Below, piece by piece: positions 1-8,495 of a stretch of 64,000 nucleotides of DNA. The DNA lies in assembly GCA_016188245.1 (NCBI GenBank), contig JACPIE010000028.1, positions 5,704-69,703 of the forward strand, given 5' to 3'. The stretch is from Candidatus Woesearchaeota archaeon. GTDB taxonomy: Archaea > Nanobdellota > Nanobdellia > Woesearchaeales > GW2011-AR4. The position numbers were made by a program, and so were the translations under genes. The notes beneath the pieces were generated by a model that saw nothing but the letters and a program-made list of their open reading frames with translations, had not been told where the DNA came from and did not search any database. Numbering within the stretch: the first letter of the stretch is position 1; every line of letters begins with the position of its first letter.

Positions 1-1
1 A

Positions 2-592
2 GTGCTGTCAGGCCCAAACCATGCTGAGGAAGTTAGCATAAAAATGCCGACTGCAAGCGTTGTTGCAAGCAGCGACAGGAAAGTGTCAAAAATTGCTGCG
101 GAACTGCTGGCAACACCAACTTTCAAATTATACCAGCTTAAGGATGTTACAGGGGTTGAAACCTGCGGAGCGCTAAAAAATATATCGGCCATTGCAACAG
201 GTGTTGTTGACGGGCTGAGCTTCGGCGACAATGCAAAAGCGTCCATAATGACTTTGGGATTGATGGAGATGAACAATTTCGGCAGGCACTTCGGGGCAAA
301 AAGGGGAACTGCCTATGGGTTGGCCGGAGTGGGTGATTTGATTGCAACATGCATGAGCATACATTCAAGAAACAGGTTTTTGGGCCAGCAGCTGGCAAAA
401 GGCAAATCAATTGACGAAATCAAAAAAGAGATGAGGGGCATGATTGCAGAAGGAGTTCCTACGACAAAAGCAGTCTATGAATACAGCAAGCAGCATAAAA
501 TTGAAATGCCACTAACGCAGCAGGCTTATGAAGTTCTTTTTGAGAACAAGGACTTGAAAAAAGCGATAACTGATTTGCTAAGATTGGTTTAA
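2..592 (+). CDS. gpsA: NAD(P)H-dependent sn-glycerol-3-phosphate dehydrogenase, C-terminal part (5' end outside the window)
   Basis: Frame is open to the window edge; stop TAA 590-592. Motifs GALKNISAIATGVVDGL, GDNAKAS, GLAGVGDLIATCMS and SRNR match the conserved GpsA C-terminal domain. Confidence 0.85.
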   Translation: MLSGPNHAEEVSIKMPTASVVASSDRKVSKIAAELLATPTFKLYQLKDVTGVETCGALKNISAIATGVVDGLSFGDNAKASIMTLGLMEMNNFGRHFGAKRGTAYGLAGVGDLIATCMSIHSRNRFLGQQLAKGKSIDEIKKEMRGMIAEGVPTTKAVYEYSKQHKIEMPLTQQAYEVLFENKDLKKAITDLLRLV

Positions 593-594
593 AT

Positions 595-1194
595 CTATTC
601 CTCTGTAAAATCTTCAATCTTATTGGAAAATTCCTCGTCAGATTTCAGTTTTCCTTTCAATTTCAAGAACTCTTTTGTCAATATATAAAACAGCAAGCCA
701 AGGCTTTTCTTTCCCTTGTTGTTGCAGGGCATGACAAAATCAATGAAATTGCTCTGGTTGTTTGTGTCACACAATGCAACCACGGGAATTCCAACCTTTA
801 CAGCATCTAAGACAGCATTCCTGTCAGGCCACGCGTCGACAACAAACACTATCTTCGCTTCCGTATACTCCTCCAAATTGGGGTTAGTTAGAATTCCAGG
901 CGGATAGCGGCCGGCGAACGCCCTTACCCCTGTCAATTTGCTGAAAAGCTCAACAGCCTTCCATCCGTTCTCTCTTCTGCAGACAACCAAGATATCCTCT
1001 ATGCCATACTGGGCGAGAAAAGATGCAGCAACCCTCAGCCTTTCATCTATCTTCTGCAGGTTCAGCACAGACAGCCCATCCGGCCTTGTCTTGTAAATAA
1101 ACTGCTCCATGTACGCAGTCCTGAATTTTGTGCCTATGTGTATTCCTGACTTCAGGTAAGCATCCCTCGGAACCAAAAAACTTTCTTCAGCCAT
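595..1194 (-). CDS. rps2: 30S ribosomal protein uS2 (archaeal type)
   Basis: 199 aa; N-terminus LVPRDAYLKSGIHIGTKFRT and the central VVDAWPDRNAV..IPVVALCDTN are typical archaeal/eukaryotic uS2. Confidence 0.9.
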   Translation of the reverse strand: MAEESFLVPRDAYLKSGIHIGTKFRTAYMEQFIYKTRPDGLSVLNLQKIDERLRVAASFLAQYGIEDILVVCRRENGWKAVELFSKLTGVRAFAGRYPPGILTNPNLEEYTEAKIVFVVDAWPDRNAVLDAVKVGIPVVALCDTNNQSNFIDFVMPCNNKGKKSLGLLFYILTKEFLKLKGKLKSDEEFSNKIEDFTEE

Positions 1195-1337
1195 TCTTAA
1201 TTGCAGTCTCCTATTGGAATTTTTAACTTTGTTTTAAACAGTCCAGAAGCTGAACTGACTTTTATAGCCTCTCAGTCGTTGAAGTGACCAGCACTTCGTA
1301 GGCAATATGCACGGGATTGCACAGCCATTTAAAAACC

Positions 1338-1868
1338 TTACTGATTGGAATTGAAAACGGCGACATCTTCATAGACTGGCCCTTCTGCAGTCAAATCTGA
1401 TTTAACCAGCCTGAAACTGCCGATTTCAATTTTTTTGCCTTCAACTTTTGTCTTTTTCAACTTCTCAAGAAACTGTTTTTTGCCTTCAGGATGGTTAACC
1501 CTTGCCAGCGTTATATGGGCTTTGAAATTTTTTTCTTTCCTGAACAATGGACTTAAAGATTCATCAATGTTTTTTTGCAATTCCGAAACTATTTTTTCAG
1601 GGCTGACTCCAACCCAAACAACCTTTACATGCCATCCATCCTGGAAAAAACCAATGTCTCCGAGAAAAACGCCAAATTGTTTATACCTTACACCATTTAA
1701 CCTGCTTATGACATCCCCAATATTATCAGAATGAACTTCTCCCAGAAATTTTAAAGTCATGTGGAAAGATTTTACAAGGCTGAAATCCGCATTTTTGGGC
1801 AAGCGGCTCTGCAATTCAAGAAAGTAACCCTTCAACTCATTGAAATCAACTGCAATAAAAAGCCTCAT
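1338..1868 (-). CDS. thpR: RNA 2',3'-cyclic phosphodiesterase / 2'-5' RNA ligase family (LigT/ThpR)
   Basis: 176 aa with the two HxTx motifs of the 2H phosphoesterase fold (HMTLKFLG and HITLARV). Abuts the next gene (1869). Confidence 0.8.
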   Translation of the reverse strand: MRLFIAVDFNELKGYFLELQSRLPKNADFSLVKSFHMTLKFLGEVHSDNIGDVISRLNGVRYKQFGVFLGDIGFFQDGWHVKVVWVGVSPEKIVSELQKNIDESLSPLFRKEKNFKAHITLARVNHPEGKKQFLEKLKKTKVEGKKIEIGSFRLVKSDLTAEGPVYEDVAVFNSNQ

Positions 1869-2528
1869 CTAATGGCTGAAAGCATCCGCATAAATATACT
1901 TTTCCTTTGGCAGCTGCTGCTTTGTGCCGAACACGTAATCGGCAAGCGGAAGTATCACATTTAGATTTGTGCTTGGATTCAGATGATGCTGGTAGTGGTG
2001 TCTGTTAATAACCTTCATGATGCCGGTGCTGCAAATCCACCTCCATTTATTTGGCACATGCATTACTGCGTGCAGCCATTCATAGGCCGCATAATACGCC
2101 GCAAAAGCCAATCCAAATCCAATCACTTCAGGCATAAGAAGCGCAACAGAAATACCGAGCATCATGCGTATTGAGGCATCAATTCCATAAACAACGGCTG
2201 TTGCAGATGCAACAATCAGAAACCCCTCATACCATGAAAAAGTCAGCACTTCGTTCTTGTTTGTATCATCACGTGTGTAATGGTCATCCGGGGCGTAATT
2301 AGAATGATGGGAAACAACATGGCCATGCCACATCCCTTTCACATATTTGATTTTCCTTAAATGCTTTGGGGTGCTGTGAAGAAAATACTTATGAATCCCA
2401 TACTCCATGAAGCTGCCTAATGCCACTCCTGCAGCAAACCCGGCACTTATCCCAGCCCAATTGACCAATATTTTGCCTCTTTTGTCATTCCATCCCCCAT
2501 AGGTATATAAATCAATATGTTCAATCAA
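1869..2528 (-). CDS. Membrane di-iron fatty acid hydroxylase / sterol desaturase superfamily protein
   Basis: Histidine boxes HKYFLH, HGHVVSHH and NRHHYQHH, interspersed with hydrophobic segments. Confidence 0.55.
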   Translation of the reverse strand: MIEHIDLYTYGGWNDKRGKILVNWAGISAGFAAGVALGSFMEYGIHKYFLHSTPKHLRKIKYVKGMWHGHVVSHHSNYAPDDHYTRDDTNKNEVLTFSWYEGFLIVASATAVVYGIDASIRMMLGISVALLMPEVIGFGLAFAAYYAAYEWLHAVMHVPNKWRWICSTGIMKVINRHHYQHHLNPSTNLNVILPLADYVFGTKQQLPKEKYIYADAFSH

Positions 2529-2552
2529 AAATAAAACAAAAAAAGAACAAGC

Positions 2553-2909
2553 TTATTGATTATCCTCTCCGAAATTCTCAGAATCTTCTCCGGAGTACTG
2601 CTCTTCTGCAGGCTCATCTGAGCTTTCGTAGTTTTCTTCTGAAGCAGGCCCTTCATTCGATTCGCTTGCCGCTTCCTGGCTTTTTTCTCCAGCTACCTCA
2701 GCAAACCCGACTTTTTGAAGCACTCGTGTCACTCTTATCCTCACTTCATCGCCTTGCTTTGTGCCTGGCACAAAAAGTACAAATCCGTCTTTCTTTGCTA
2801 TCCCGTCTCCCTTCTCGCCAACAGCCTCTATCTTCACATCAAGCTCATCGCCTACTTTGACAGGCGCGAAACTTCTATCCCTAAAACTACTTCGTCTTTC
2901 GTGTCTCAT
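2553..2909 (-). CDS. TRAM domain protein with acidic C-terminal tail
   Basis: VKVGDELDVKIEAVGEKGDGIAKKDGFVLFVPGTKQGDEVRIRVTRV matches the TRAM beta-barrel pattern. The tail is rich in E/S/D. Confidence 0.7.
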   Translation of the reverse strand: MRHERRSSFRDRSFAPVKVGDELDVKIEAVGEKGDGIAKKDGFVLFVPGTKQGDEVRIRVTRVLQKVGFAEVAGEKSQEAASESNEGPASEENYESSDEPAEEQYSGEDSENFGEDNQ

Positions 2910-3029
2910 ATCAATTTACCTCTACCATATTTAATCTTTTTGATGTTCTTTAGAACTAGATTCTAAAAAACAACCACATATCTACAGCAATAAAAGACAA
3001 GTAATATTTAAAGCTTACCACTTATTTGG

Positions 3030-3764
3030 CTAAAAATTCAATCCCCCATCAACTCTGATGACATCTCCTGTGATGTATCCTGCTTTGTCAGATGCAAGGA
3101 AAACGACAAGATTTGCGACATCTTCCGGCATTCCGGGCCTGCCAAGGGGCACCATTGCCATAATTATCTTTTTCCTTATGAAGGGCATGCCTTTCGTCAT
3201 GTAAGTTTCTATAAACCCCGGAGCAATGGCGTTCACAGTAACTTTTTGCTTGCCTAGCTCCCTTGCAAGAGATTTAGTAAAGCCGATTACCCCTGCCTTT
3301 GAAGCAGCGTAATTTGTTTGGCCATGGTTGCCGCTTATGCCCACAATTGAGCTTATGTTGATGATCCTTCCATTTTCCCTTATCAACGGGAGAGCGTTCT
3401 TCGTCACATTAAAAATGCCGTCCAGATTGGTCCTTACAACAAGATCCCACTGCCCCTTATCCATATTTTTCAGCGTTCTGTCGGAGATTGCGCCTGCATT
3501 ATTCACCAAAATGTCCAGATAGCCGAACTTTTTTTTAACAGCATCCATCATAGAAGAGCACTCTTCAAACTTGGAAACGTCTGCTTTAACAGCAATCGAA
3601 TCAACTCCGAGCTTTTTAATCTCTTCCACGACACCAGCCGCTTCTTTTTCATCTTTATAGTAATTGACAGCTATATCGGCATTGTTTTTAGCCAGCTCTA
3701 TAGCTATTGCCTTTCCAATTCCCCTCGAAGCTCCTGTCACCAAAGCAACTCTTCTGTTTTGCAT
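3030..3764 (-). CDS. Short-chain dehydrogenase/reductase, 3-oxoacyl-(ACP/CoA) reductase-like (FabG-like)
   Basis: TGASRGIGKAIA Rossmann motif, NNAG, and YAASKAG catalytic Y-x3-K. Start moved to ATG 3762-3764; the longer track ORF overlaps the upstream gene. Confidence 0.8.
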   Translation of the reverse strand: MQNRRVALVTGASRGIGKAIAIELAKNNADIAVNYYKDEKEAAGVVEEIKKLGVDSIAVKADVSKFEECSSMMDAVKKKFGYLDILVNNAGAISDRTLKNMDKGQWDLVVRTNLDGIFNVTKNALPLIRENGRIINISSIVGISGNHGQTNYAASKAGVIGFTKSLARELGKQKVTVNAIAPGFIETYMTKGMPFIRKKIIMAMVPLGRPGMPEDVANLVVFLASDKAGYITGDVIRVDGGLNF

Positions 3765-3774
3765 TTTTTCCCTC

Positions 3775-4743
3775 CTAAATTTTAATCGCCGTAAAATACA
3801 CCCACTCTGCCGTAAAACTTTTTCCATCAGCAAACGGATTGTTGCTTTCAAGCTCCTTAAACAATTTCAATGAAGCAATCGTTATTAATTCATCTCTGTC
3901 CTGTTCCTCTTGTTGAGAAGGCTCTTTGCCTCCAACCTCAGGCAATATTCCAGCTTGCAATCTTTTAACTCTCAAAAAATCAAGCCAATCTTTGTATTTA
4001 ACTTTAATAAGTTTATGATGTGTGCCTATATCGTCAAAACCTGCGTTTTTTAACATCTTTAGATAAACTTCTATACGCCTTGGCTCAGGAAACACAAACT
4101 TACGCTGCACATCTTCATTTTCTATCTTTTCATCAAGTCCTATCCAGTATATTTTGTATTTGACATCTGTGCGTATCAATTCCAAAGCAATTTCATGCAC
4201 CCTTTTAACAGTATCATCAATCATCAATACTCCTTTTTTCCTGCCTTCCCTCATGATATTCCCGCTTTGAAAAGCGAAGCTTCCTCCACGGCGCAATGCG
4301 GCATTTATTCCTAAAAAAGCACTTTTCAGGTCTTGTATCAGGTGAAATGTGTTGGCAGACACCACATGATTTGCAATATTCTCTCCAACTGTCTCTGCAA
4401 GCGTAGCATACCTTTCATCAATCTTATCCAGAACGAAAAACTCAACATGCGGGTTCTTTCCCAGGATTTCATAAGCCTTGCCCAGCCAGGCAGCAGAATT
4501 GTCAACAAGCCAAAGCCTGAAATTTGACTTTACGGTTTTCAAAAAATAAAAGGACAAACCCCCTGTCCCGGCTCCAAAATCAACCACGATATCCTTATCT
4601 TTTACCTTTCCCTGCACTACCCTTATAAGCTCGCTTACATTTTCGACATGCCAGGAAGCATTAATCACAGCATCGTGGTAAGCCGCAGCCCCTCTCGATA
4701 CGGGCTTGCCAGGCTGCCATGTTTTTTCCATCATTTTTTGCAT
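3775..4743 (-). CDS. Class I SAM-dependent methyltransferase
   Basis: Motif I VVDFGAGTGGLSFYF, followed by LVDNS. Track start 4758 is TTG; first ATG is at 4741-4743. Confidence 0.6.
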   Translation of the reverse strand: MQKMMEKTWQPGKPVSRGAAAYHDAVINASWHVENVSELIRVVQGKVKDKDIVVDFGAGTGGLSFYFLKTVKSNFRLWLVDNSAAWLGKAYEILGKNPHVEFFVLDKIDERYATLAETVGENIANHVVSANTFHLIQDLKSAFLGINAALRRGGSFAFQSGNIMREGRKKGVLMIDDTVKRVHEIALELIRTDVKYKIYWIGLDEKIENEDVQRKFVFPEPRRIEVYLKMLKNAGFDDIGTHHKLIKVKYKDWLDFLRVKRLQAGILPEVGGKEPSQQEEQDRDELITIASLKLFKELESNNPFADGKSFTAEWVYFTAIKI

Positions 4744-4779
4744 TTTATTCTGAAACAAAGCACGATTTTTAAACTTTCC

Positions 4780-5895
4780 TCACAATACAACCCCACTTTT
4801 TTTAAGCCTGCTTATGTATCCCTTACCATACCCCATTTGATGCATTATCTCCATAGTGTTTTCGCCAAGTTTAGGCGCCTTCTTATAACTGATTTTTTTG
4901 ACTGAAGAGAATATCACGGGCATGGCAGCTTGCCTAAACCCGTCAATATCTACAAAATTTCCCCTTTTATTTAATTCCTTATCACGAATGACATCTTCAA
5001 TCTTCTTGACAGGCTCACAGCAAAAATCATACTTTTTTCTAAGCCTTAACCAATCGCCCATCTCTTTGCTCTTGAATATCTTCTTTACTTCCTTTATTGT
5101 ACCCTCATCAAACTGCTTAGATACCAAATCACTCCTTTTGACCGCATCGCAAAAAGAATTCCAGAATTTAGTTTCTATTGCCCCAAAGCTTGCATATTTC
5201 CCATCTTTTGTTTCATAAACATTGTAGCAGGCTTTGCTGCCGGACAGAACAGTTTTTCGGTTTTTAGATACTGAATGGCGTGCAAAATGCATCCCAATAA
5301 CAGAAAGGGCGCTTCCAAATATGGAAACGTCAATATAGCTGCCTTTGCCTGTTTTTTCTCTATTATACAAGGCTGAAACTATTGAAAACGCTGCAATAAA
5401 TGCACTTGCCGCATCTGCCATTTGCACTCCCGGCACAAACGGGTTAGAAGATAGCACGTCTAGCATCCCGCTCAAACCCGAATAATTTAAGTCATGGCCT
5501 GCCTTGTTTTTGTATGGGCCTTTTTGCCCATATCCTGAGATTGAGCAATAAACTATTTTTGGGTTTACCTTTTTAATACTTTTATACCCGATTCCTAGCG
5601 CATCAGATTTTCCAGGCCTGAAACCCTCAATAATCACATCAGTATCTTTTGCAATATCAATAAATATTTTTCTACCTTCAGCTGCCTTAAGGTTTATCGC
5701 TATGCTTTTTTTGTTCCTGTTTAATGCAGAAAAATAAGGGCTTTTTTTGCCCAACATTTCAAAATGCCTCATAAAATCACCATTAAGGCTTTCCACTTTG
5801 ATTACTTCGGCGCCAAGATCAGCCAAGAATAAAGAGCACAATGGTCCCGGAAGCAGGGTTGACAAATCCAAAACTTTTATGCTTTTTAGCAGCAT
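4780..5895 (-). CDS. CoA-transferase family III protein (CaiB/BaiF / alpha-methylacyl-CoA racemase-like)
   Basis: N-terminus IKVLDLSTLLPGPLCSLFLADLGAEVIKVE and GFRPG are family III CoA-transferase hallmarks. Confidence 0.75.
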   Translation of the reverse strand: MLLKSIKVLDLSTLLPGPLCSLFLADLGAEVIKVESLNGDFMRHFEMLGKKSPYFSALNRNKKSIAINLKAAEGRKIFIDIAKDTDVIIEGFRPGKSDALGIGYKSIKKVNPKIVYCSISGYGQKGPYKNKAGHDLNYSGLSGMLDVLSSNPFVPGVQMADAASAFIAAFSIVSALYNREKTGKGSYIDVSIFGSALSVIGMHFARHSVSKNRKTVLSGSKACYNVYETKDGKYASFGAIETKFWNSFCDAVKRSDLVSKQFDEGTIKEVKKIFKSKEMGDWLRLRKKYDFCCEPVKKIEDVIRDKELNKRGNFVDIDGFRQAAMPVIFSSVKKISYKKAPKLGENTMEIMHQMGYGKGYISRLKKSGVVL

Positions 5896-5907
5896 TTGTA
5901 ATCACAA

Positions 5908-7044
5908 TCAATTAAGATTCTTGAATATGTGGACCGTGGCAACGCTGCCAACTCCTCCGATATTGTGAGCCAGCCCGTACTTTGGCTTTTTTAATTGCCT
6001 GTCTCCAGCCTCGTTCCTCATCTGCTTAACAATCTCATACACTTGCGAAATCCCGGTAGGGCTTATTGGATGCCCTTTTGCCTTTAGGCCTCCGCTTGTA
6101 TTCACAGGCAGCTTTCCGTCAATATTGGTGATGCCTTTCCTTATCATTTCTTTTCCTTCGCCTTTTTTGCAAAATCCAAGGTCTTCATATGAAATCATTT
6201 CCAACGGAGTGAAAGCATCATGCACTTCTGCCATGCCTATATCTTCCGGTCCAACTCCTGCCTGTTTGTACGCTTCTTCGGCAGCAAGCCTTGTTGCTTC
6301 CAGCGATGTCATATCCTCTCTCTCAAAAGGGCTTAAATAATCGTTCTCTTCCCCAGAGCCAACTACTTCCACATCCGACTCCGCTTTTGAAAGTACCAAT
6401 GCAGCTGCCCCATTGCACGAGATGCTGCAGTCAAAAATTCTCAATGGGGAAGCCACAACAGGGGAATTCTTGATTTCTTCCAAAGAAACATTTTTCTTGT
6501 AAAACCTTGCCTTTGGGTTCAGGAAAGCATTCTTATGGTTCTTGTAAGCGACAAGCGCAAAATCATCAGTTGTGGCGCCATGCTTCATCATATACTGCTG
6601 CGCTACAAGCGCATTTTGGGCAGGAAAGTTCAGGCCTTCAGCCTGCTCGTAGATTCTTTCTGCAGCCATCAAAATCTCATCAGTTACTTTTTTGCCAGTT
6701 GTTGCAACAAGCTTATCAAATCCAATAACAAGTATGTTTTCATAATTTCCTGATTTTTGGATTCTTAAAGCTGTCCACAAGGCAGTTCCGCCGCCGGCAC
6801 ATGCAGCAGGAACTGTTATAATCGGCAATTTTTTTTGGAATAAGCTGCTCATTTGGGAAGCACTATGCCTTTGCCTTTCCCCATTGCTTAAAAAATCATG
6901 ATTTGAAAGCACAATGGCATCAACATCATTCATTGACAGTTCTGCATCGTTCAAAGCATCCAGAGTTGCTTCGTAGACAAGATGGGTTGATGCATCCTCC
7001 TGTATCCCGAACTTAGTCATACCTACTCCCTTAATGAAACTCAT
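5908..7044 (-). CDS. Thiolase-like protein (archaeal acetyl-CoA C-acetyltransferase / SCP-x type), paralog 1
   Basis: 378 aa; GVGMTKFG N-terminus, ACAGGGTAL active-site Cys region, C-terminal NTSGGLKAKGHPISPTG and NIGGVG. Start overlaps the stop of the upstream gene (ATGA at 7041-7044). Confidence 0.8.
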   Translation of the reverse strand: MSFIKGVGMTKFGIQEDASTHLVYEATLDALNDAELSMNDVDAIVLSNHDFLSNGERQRHSASQMSSLFQKKLPIITVPAACAGGGTALWTALRIQKSGNYENILVIGFDKLVATTGKKVTDEILMAAERIYEQAEGLNFPAQNALVAQQYMMKHGATTDDFALVAYKNHKNAFLNPKARFYKKNVSLEEIKNSPVVASPLRIFDCSISCNGAAALVLSKAESDVEVVGSGEENDYLSPFEREDMTSLEATRLAAEEAYKQAGVGPEDIGMAEVHDAFTPLEMISYEDLGFCKKGEGKEMIRKGITNIDGKLPVNTSGGLKAKGHPISPTGISQVYEIVKQMRNEAGDRQLKKPKYGLAHNIGGVGSVATVHIFKNLN

Positions 7045-8495
7045 CTGATCACCCTTGAAAGAAGTTTTTTCATTTTGGATTTTACTTTATCAACCGGAGT
7101 TATTTTTGGCATGCCTTTTGTATCCAGCAATTTTTTTAACAGCACAAGCTGCTCAACAGCATCAAGCCTTTCATCTATCCGGACAACAGATGCTATGCCC
7201 ATTTCATCAATTTTTTTTGATGCACAATCCCCCAAAACAACCAGCCTTTCCCTGCCTTTTAGCATATCCTCGCTGAGCATTGAGCCGATAACCAAATTGA
7301 GCTCATCCCCCCTCAATCCCACTAATTTTGAAGTGAGGCTGTACATCATATTCAGGCAGGCAGGGCATGCTTTTCCGTCAATGACTTTAATATCCGGATG
7401 GGGAGTTTCGTTTGGGGTAGGCTGCTTAATTGGATACTTAAGCGCTTCAAGATCATTTCCCACAATTTCAATGTTTTTGATGTTGATTTTCCCTAGAGAG
7501 TTTGTTACATGCAAAGGTATCGGCAAAATAGTTGATTCGCAAAAGACAGTGTCAAGCGCAGCGGCATTCAATCCTGCAAAAACCAGATTCAAGAAAGCCG
7601 GCTCTCCCAAAACCAAAGGGCCCTGTGCCTGCATTCCATTTGTTGCATCAGCTATTGTAACAATGCCAGGAAGCAGCTTTGCCATCTGCGGAAGCGTTTT
7701 ATCAATTCCCTTAAAATACATCTGCCTTTGGGTTTCCTCATCAGCAAGCCTTGATAGATTTTCCAATGCACCAGAAATCCCAATCTGAAAATTTGTCTTC
7801 ATTATCGGCACATTTACAATTTTCCTTTTCAAAGCCTCTTTAGATAAGCTGAACATGAAACCGTCTGACTCAATTTCCTCAAAAGGGCCTTTTGAAATAT
7901 CCTCGAACTTTACTGAATGCTTCTTGCACACCTCAAGAATTCCTGATTTTGAGGCAGCATCCATCACATCGCTTCCTATAAGCGCCTGCTCGGCAACAAT
8001 AATATTGCCTTTGCCTATGCCATATTCAAACAGGACTTTAAGCAATGCGTCCAAAAAATCAGGGTTAGTATTAACTGCCTGATAAGGGTAGGCTGCTGTT
8101 ACAATGCTGGGCTTGATGAGTATCTTGTCATCCGGGCTGAATTTGATGCCATTCAAAAGCCCAACTGCTTCTTTTATTGCTTCATAAATGTCGTACTTTA
8201 CTTTCACGACAGCGACAGCATCTTTTGTTTTTGCATTTGGCTGAGAATAAGCATCGCCTATCTTGTAATCTTTCATGGTTTTTTTCGGCATCCTGTTGCC
8301 AAACTCATCTTCAAGAAGAAGTATATTGTAAGGCGTAATCGGATGCATAGGTGACGGGATTGCCACTTTGGTTATACCGGAAACTTTTATCTTAGTTCCT
8401 TTCTGCTTTGTGATTGTTCCCTTGCAATAGACACATTTCTCAACAGGATAAATCCATTTCTTATTGCATTTTTCACATATCCATCTTATTATCAT
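7041..8495 (-). CDS. Fusion protein: DUF35-type zinc-ribbon + OB-fold N-terminus joined to a DUF362 domain
   Basis: N-terminus CEKCNKKWIYPVEKCVYCKG followed by an OB-like segment, as in the DUF35 scaffold of archaeal thiolase complexes. The rest (ILIKPSIV..NTNPDFLDALLKVLFEYG..IIVAE, C-terminal ACPACL) resembles DUF362. Translationally coupled to both thiolase genes. Confidence 0.6.
   Translation of the reverse strand: MIIRWICEKCNKKWIYPVEKCVYCKGTITKQKGTKIKVSGITKVAIPSPMHPITPYNILLLEDEFGNRMPKKTMKDYKIGDAYSQPNAKTKDAVAVVKVKYDIYEAIKEAVGLLNGIKFSPDDKILIKPSIVTAAYPYQAVNTNPDFLDALLKVLFEYGIGKGNIIVAEQALIGSDVMDAASKSGILEVCKKHSVKFEDISKGPFEEIESDGFMFSLSKEALKRKIVNVPIMKTNFQIGISGALENLSRLADEETQRQMYFKGIDKTLPQMAKLLPGIVTIADATNGMQAQGPLVLGEPAFLNLVFAGLNAAALDTVFCESTILPIPLHVTNSLGKINIKNIEIVGNDLEALKYPIKQPTPNETPHPDIKVIDGKACPACLNMMYSLTSKLVGLRGDELNLVIGSMLSEDMLKGRERLVVLGDCASKKIDEMGIASVVRIDERLDAVEQLVLLKKLLDTKGMPKITPVDKVKSKMKKLLSRVIR

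Noticed and set aside
7075-7788. 237-aa plus-strand ORF, and many similar long antisense ORFs (for example 45979-46611, 51761-52318, 56257-56733, 57085-57594, 59433-60293, 42885-43448, 24240-24728).
   Set aside because: Each lies fully antisense to a gene with strong family motifs. Their translations are low-complexity S/F/L/I-rich strings typical of the reverse strand of K/E-rich coding sequence. None has a motif or a sensible start context.
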